Shown one piece after another: positions 27,909 to 30,173 of a stretch of DNA of 30,173 nucleotides. The DNA comes from an uncultured Candidatus Saccharibacteria bacterium (GTDB lineage: Bacteria > Patescibacteriota > Dojkabacteria > SC72). The position numbers and the translations under genes were made by a program. The notes below the pieces were generated by a model that was not told the DNA's origin, did not search any database, and saw only the letters and a program-made list of their open reading frames with translations. The stretch is from NCBI GenBank assembly GCA_964488325.1, contig CAZAUH010000001.1, positions 14,339-44,511 of the forward strand, given 5' to 3'. Every line of letters begins with the position of its first letter. Within the stretch, counting starts at the first letter, position 1.

Positions 27909-28937
27909 ATGATTGAAATTCTAAAAGAGAGTCTCCAATATCTATTCATTTCTACACTAGCATCTGTACTTCTTGCACCAATCATGATTAGTATACTCTA
28001 CAAACTGAATCAGGTAAGTGGACTTAAGAAAACAGAACTTGGATCAAGAGAGGGAACCAATTCCATATTCATGAGAATTATGAAATCAACTCAAACAAAT
28101 GGTACACCAAATATGGGTGGCGTACTAATTTGGATTGTTGTTCCTTTAATAGCATATATATTTACCCCTATGTTTCCACAGTTAAGAGCTCTTCTAATTG
28201 GCTTTATGCTTTTTGGGTTTTGGGGCTTTGTAGATGTTGCAATATTTACAAATGGGTTTAAGAATAATCCTAAGATAAAGGCAATGCAAGAAACTTTTGA
28301 ATGGAGATTAGGTAAGCTCCTATTCACTATTCTTCTTAATATTATAATAATGTATCTTCTATATAGTACCGGTACTTTTACAACACTATCACTTACAAAT
28401 ACAATTGTACTTTCAATAACACCAGCAATACTTCTACTTATCGCAATAGTTAGTCAATTTGCAATCTATTCTGGAGAGCTAACTGATGGATTAGATGGTC
28501 TAATGGTAGGTATATTTATCATTATTATTTGTGCTATGTCTATGCTATTAATAGTACAACAGCAGTACGCCTTCTTACCATTTCTTGCAATTACATTAGG
28601 GGTATTAGTAGTTGATCTTTACTTTAATATTCCTCCAGCAAGATTTTGGAATGGGGGACCAGGTGCTATGCCTTTGGCCTTCTCTATCTTTTTTATTGGC
28701 TTAGTAACAAACAATATTCTTCCATATTTCCTAATGACCTCTGTTACATGGTTAATAATGGGATCAAGTGCAATACAGATATTAAGTATGAAATTCTTTA
28801 AGAAGAGGGTATTTAAGATAGCTCCAATACATCATCACTTCCAAGCAGTAGGATGGCCTCAGTACAAAATTACAATGAGGTTTTGGCTATTTACACTCTT
28901 TGCATGTATCTTAGGACTATTTGTAGGATTACTCTAA
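27909..28937 (+). CDS. mraY: MraY-family polyprenyl-phosphate sugar-phosphotransferase with atypical active site
   Basis: About 10 TMs, TPxMGG, TDGLDGL and APIHHHF, in the dcw position. The DD and MGD catalytic motifs are altered (see findings). Confidence 0.85.
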   Translation: MIEILKESLQYLFISTLASVLLAPIMISILYKLNQVSGLKKTELGSREGTNSIFMRIMKSTQTNGTPNMGGVLIWIVVPLIAYIFTPMFPQLRALLIGFMLFGFWGFVDVAIFTNGFKNNPKIKAMQETFEWRLGKLLFTILLNIIIMYLLYSTGTFTTLSLTNTIVLSITPAILLLIAIVSQFAIYSGELTDGLDGLMVGIFIIIICAMSMLLIVQQQYAFLPFLAITLGVLVVDLYFNIPPARFWNGGPGAMPLAFSIFFIGLVTNNILPYFLMTSVTWLIMGSSAIQILSMKFFKKRVFKIAPIHHHFQAVGWPQYKITMRFWLFTLFACILGLFVGLL

Positions 28938-28941
28938 CAGG

Positions 28942-29619
28942 TTACTCCTTCACACAACTACTTTCTCCATTCTTACATTGACATAGTAAGTTACCATCTT
29001 TTGAGTTATATACATCTCCATCATTTCGAATATATCCCTCATATATACAGTTATTAGATAGATAAATAGAATCATATTCATCTTGATACTGTACTCTAAA
29101 TGTATCATCTACATTCATGTTAAAGTTATTAATAAGAAATGTGTTTTCAGAAACACATGGCATATTAAATGACTCATTTGTTAAATTACTTACTACTGTA
29201 AGTATTAATTTCTCTTCATTTAATTTATAGAAACCTATTTGTGGAGCAACTATACTATCCTCATTACACATACTTTCGATTTCAAGTGTAATCTTCAAAT
29301 TGTTATTAAAATTTGAAATATCAACAAACTTAGCTTTTTGATTAATTGGGTTATTAATATCTATAAGATTAAGAAAATCAAATGAATATACTAAATCTAC
29401 GGATGTAAACTCACTTGAACCAACTGTAATTGTAATATCTTCATCACAAACCTTTTCTCCCTCACTATTACATATACAGTTTGTTCCTAAATCATCTCCA
29501 AATGCACACTGTTTAATTCCTATCGTATCTTTTAAAGATATAACGAAAATTCCCAGTGAGGAAAAAAATAGGAACAACGTAATTATTACCAACCAATTGG
29601 CATACAACCGACCTTTCAT
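28942..29619 (-). CDS. Single-TM exported protein with two small Cys-rich modules
   Basis: N-terminal TM; CAFGDDLGTNCICNSEGEKVC and CIYEG...DGNLLCQCKNGESSC; TGATACAAT lies 9 nt upstream of the ATG. Confidence 0.75.
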   Translation of the reverse strand: MKGRLYANWLVIITLFLFFSSLGIFVISLKDTIGIKQCAFGDDLGTNCICNSEGEKVCDEDITITVGSSEFTSVDLVYSFDFLNLIDINNPINQKAKFVDISNFNNNLKITLEIESMCNEDSIVAPQIGFYKLNEEKLILTVVSNLTNESFNMPCVSENTFLINNFNMNVDDTFRVQYQDEYDSIYLSNNCIYEGYIRNDGDVYNSKDGNLLCQCKNGESSCVKE

Positions 29620-29767
29620 AACGGAAATATTGTATCACATTGTAAAAAAAAAGATAGAAGGGGAATATAGTTATATATATATCTAGGTCTCAAACTATCC
29701 TTGATTTATCATAACTTAATGTATAAAATTGAAATAGATTTAGAAACTTAATTAAAAGTTTGTATTT

Positions 29768-30173
29768 ATGTTAAAGAGATTAATTAAATCTTTTGTATTT
29801 GTTTTACCTTTCCTTTTACTTTTGTTTTTTCCTTTTAAGAATGTTTACGCAGTATCAGAACCTATTATAGTTAAAGAAATTAATGAGGTTGATTATTCAC
29901 CTAGTTCACCTAATTCATTAACCTATTTTAACGAATCATTGTACTTTAGTGCAAATGATGGAACAAATGGGACTGAACTTTGGAAAAGTGATGGAACAGA
30001 ACTAGGAACTGTTATGATCAAAGATATTTGTGCTGGAAGTAGTAGTAGTTCTCCTTCCAATCTCACAGCAATAGGAACCACCTTGTACTTTAGTGCAAAC
30101 GATGCAACAAATGGTACAGAACTTTGGAAAAGTGATGGAACAGAGAGTGGCACTGTTATGGTTAAGGATATAT
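29768..30173 (+). CDS. ELWxxDGT-repeat surface protein, 3'-truncated by the window edge (absent from the ORF track)
   Basis: My translation from ATG 29768 gives MLKRLIKSFVFVLPFLLLLFFPFKNVYA (signal peptide), then LYFSANDGTNGTELWKSDGT and LYFSANDATNGTELWKSDGT. The frame is open to the end of the window. Confidence 0.92.
   Translation, partial: MLKRLIKSFVFVLPFLLLLFFPFKNVYAVSEPIIVKEINEVDYSPSSPNSLTYFNESLYFSANDGTNGTELWKSDGTELGTVMIKDICAGSSSSSPSNLTAIGTTLYFSANDATNGTELWKSDGTESGTVMVKDI
29939..30172 (+). repeat. Coding tandem repeat, 144-bp (48-aa) period
   Basis: 29939-30028 vs 30083-30172 differ at 13 of 90 nt by hand count. Confidence 0.9.

Noticed and set aside
29923-30153. 76-aa minus-strand ORF with internal repeats
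   Set aside because: It is the antisense shadow of the ELWxxDGT repeats.
29939-30172. CRISPR-like direct repeats
   Set aside because: The period is 144 bp, in frame, with differences mostly at third codon positions, so it is a protein repeat. No cas genes are present.

Overview
AT-rich (roughly 30% GC by eye), very compact bacterial chromosome segment using the standard code 11. It has about 29 CDSs and 3 tRNAs, and no mobile element or CRISPR array. Gene content and style suggest a Candidate Phyla Radiation (Patescibacteria) genome, possibly Dojkabacteria-like; this is an inference from the DUF5667 protein, holin-like/secG/orphan peptide-binding-protein synteny, archaeal-type Cmk and many membrane-anchored Ig-like proteins. 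The left half holds housekeeping and surface genes: MFS, SPFH, HAD, FAD oxidoreductase, ABC-F, subtilase, def, secG and pyk. A tRNA-bounded trio of envelope genes follows (acyltransferase-like, deacetylase-like, Ig+C39 peptidase). The right half is a self-contained, permuted cell-wall/division cluster, ftsW-murG-murB-murA | mraZ-rsmH-ftsL-ftsI-mraY. It contains none of the stem-peptide ligases (murC/D/E/F, ddl), and its MraY has replaced several normally invariant catalytic residues. That combination is the best candidate here for an undescribed system: a non-canonical lipid-linked wall-precursor pathway. The second window-wide signal is a -10 or extended -10 box 6-9 nt before ten start codons, implying widespread leaderless transcription.
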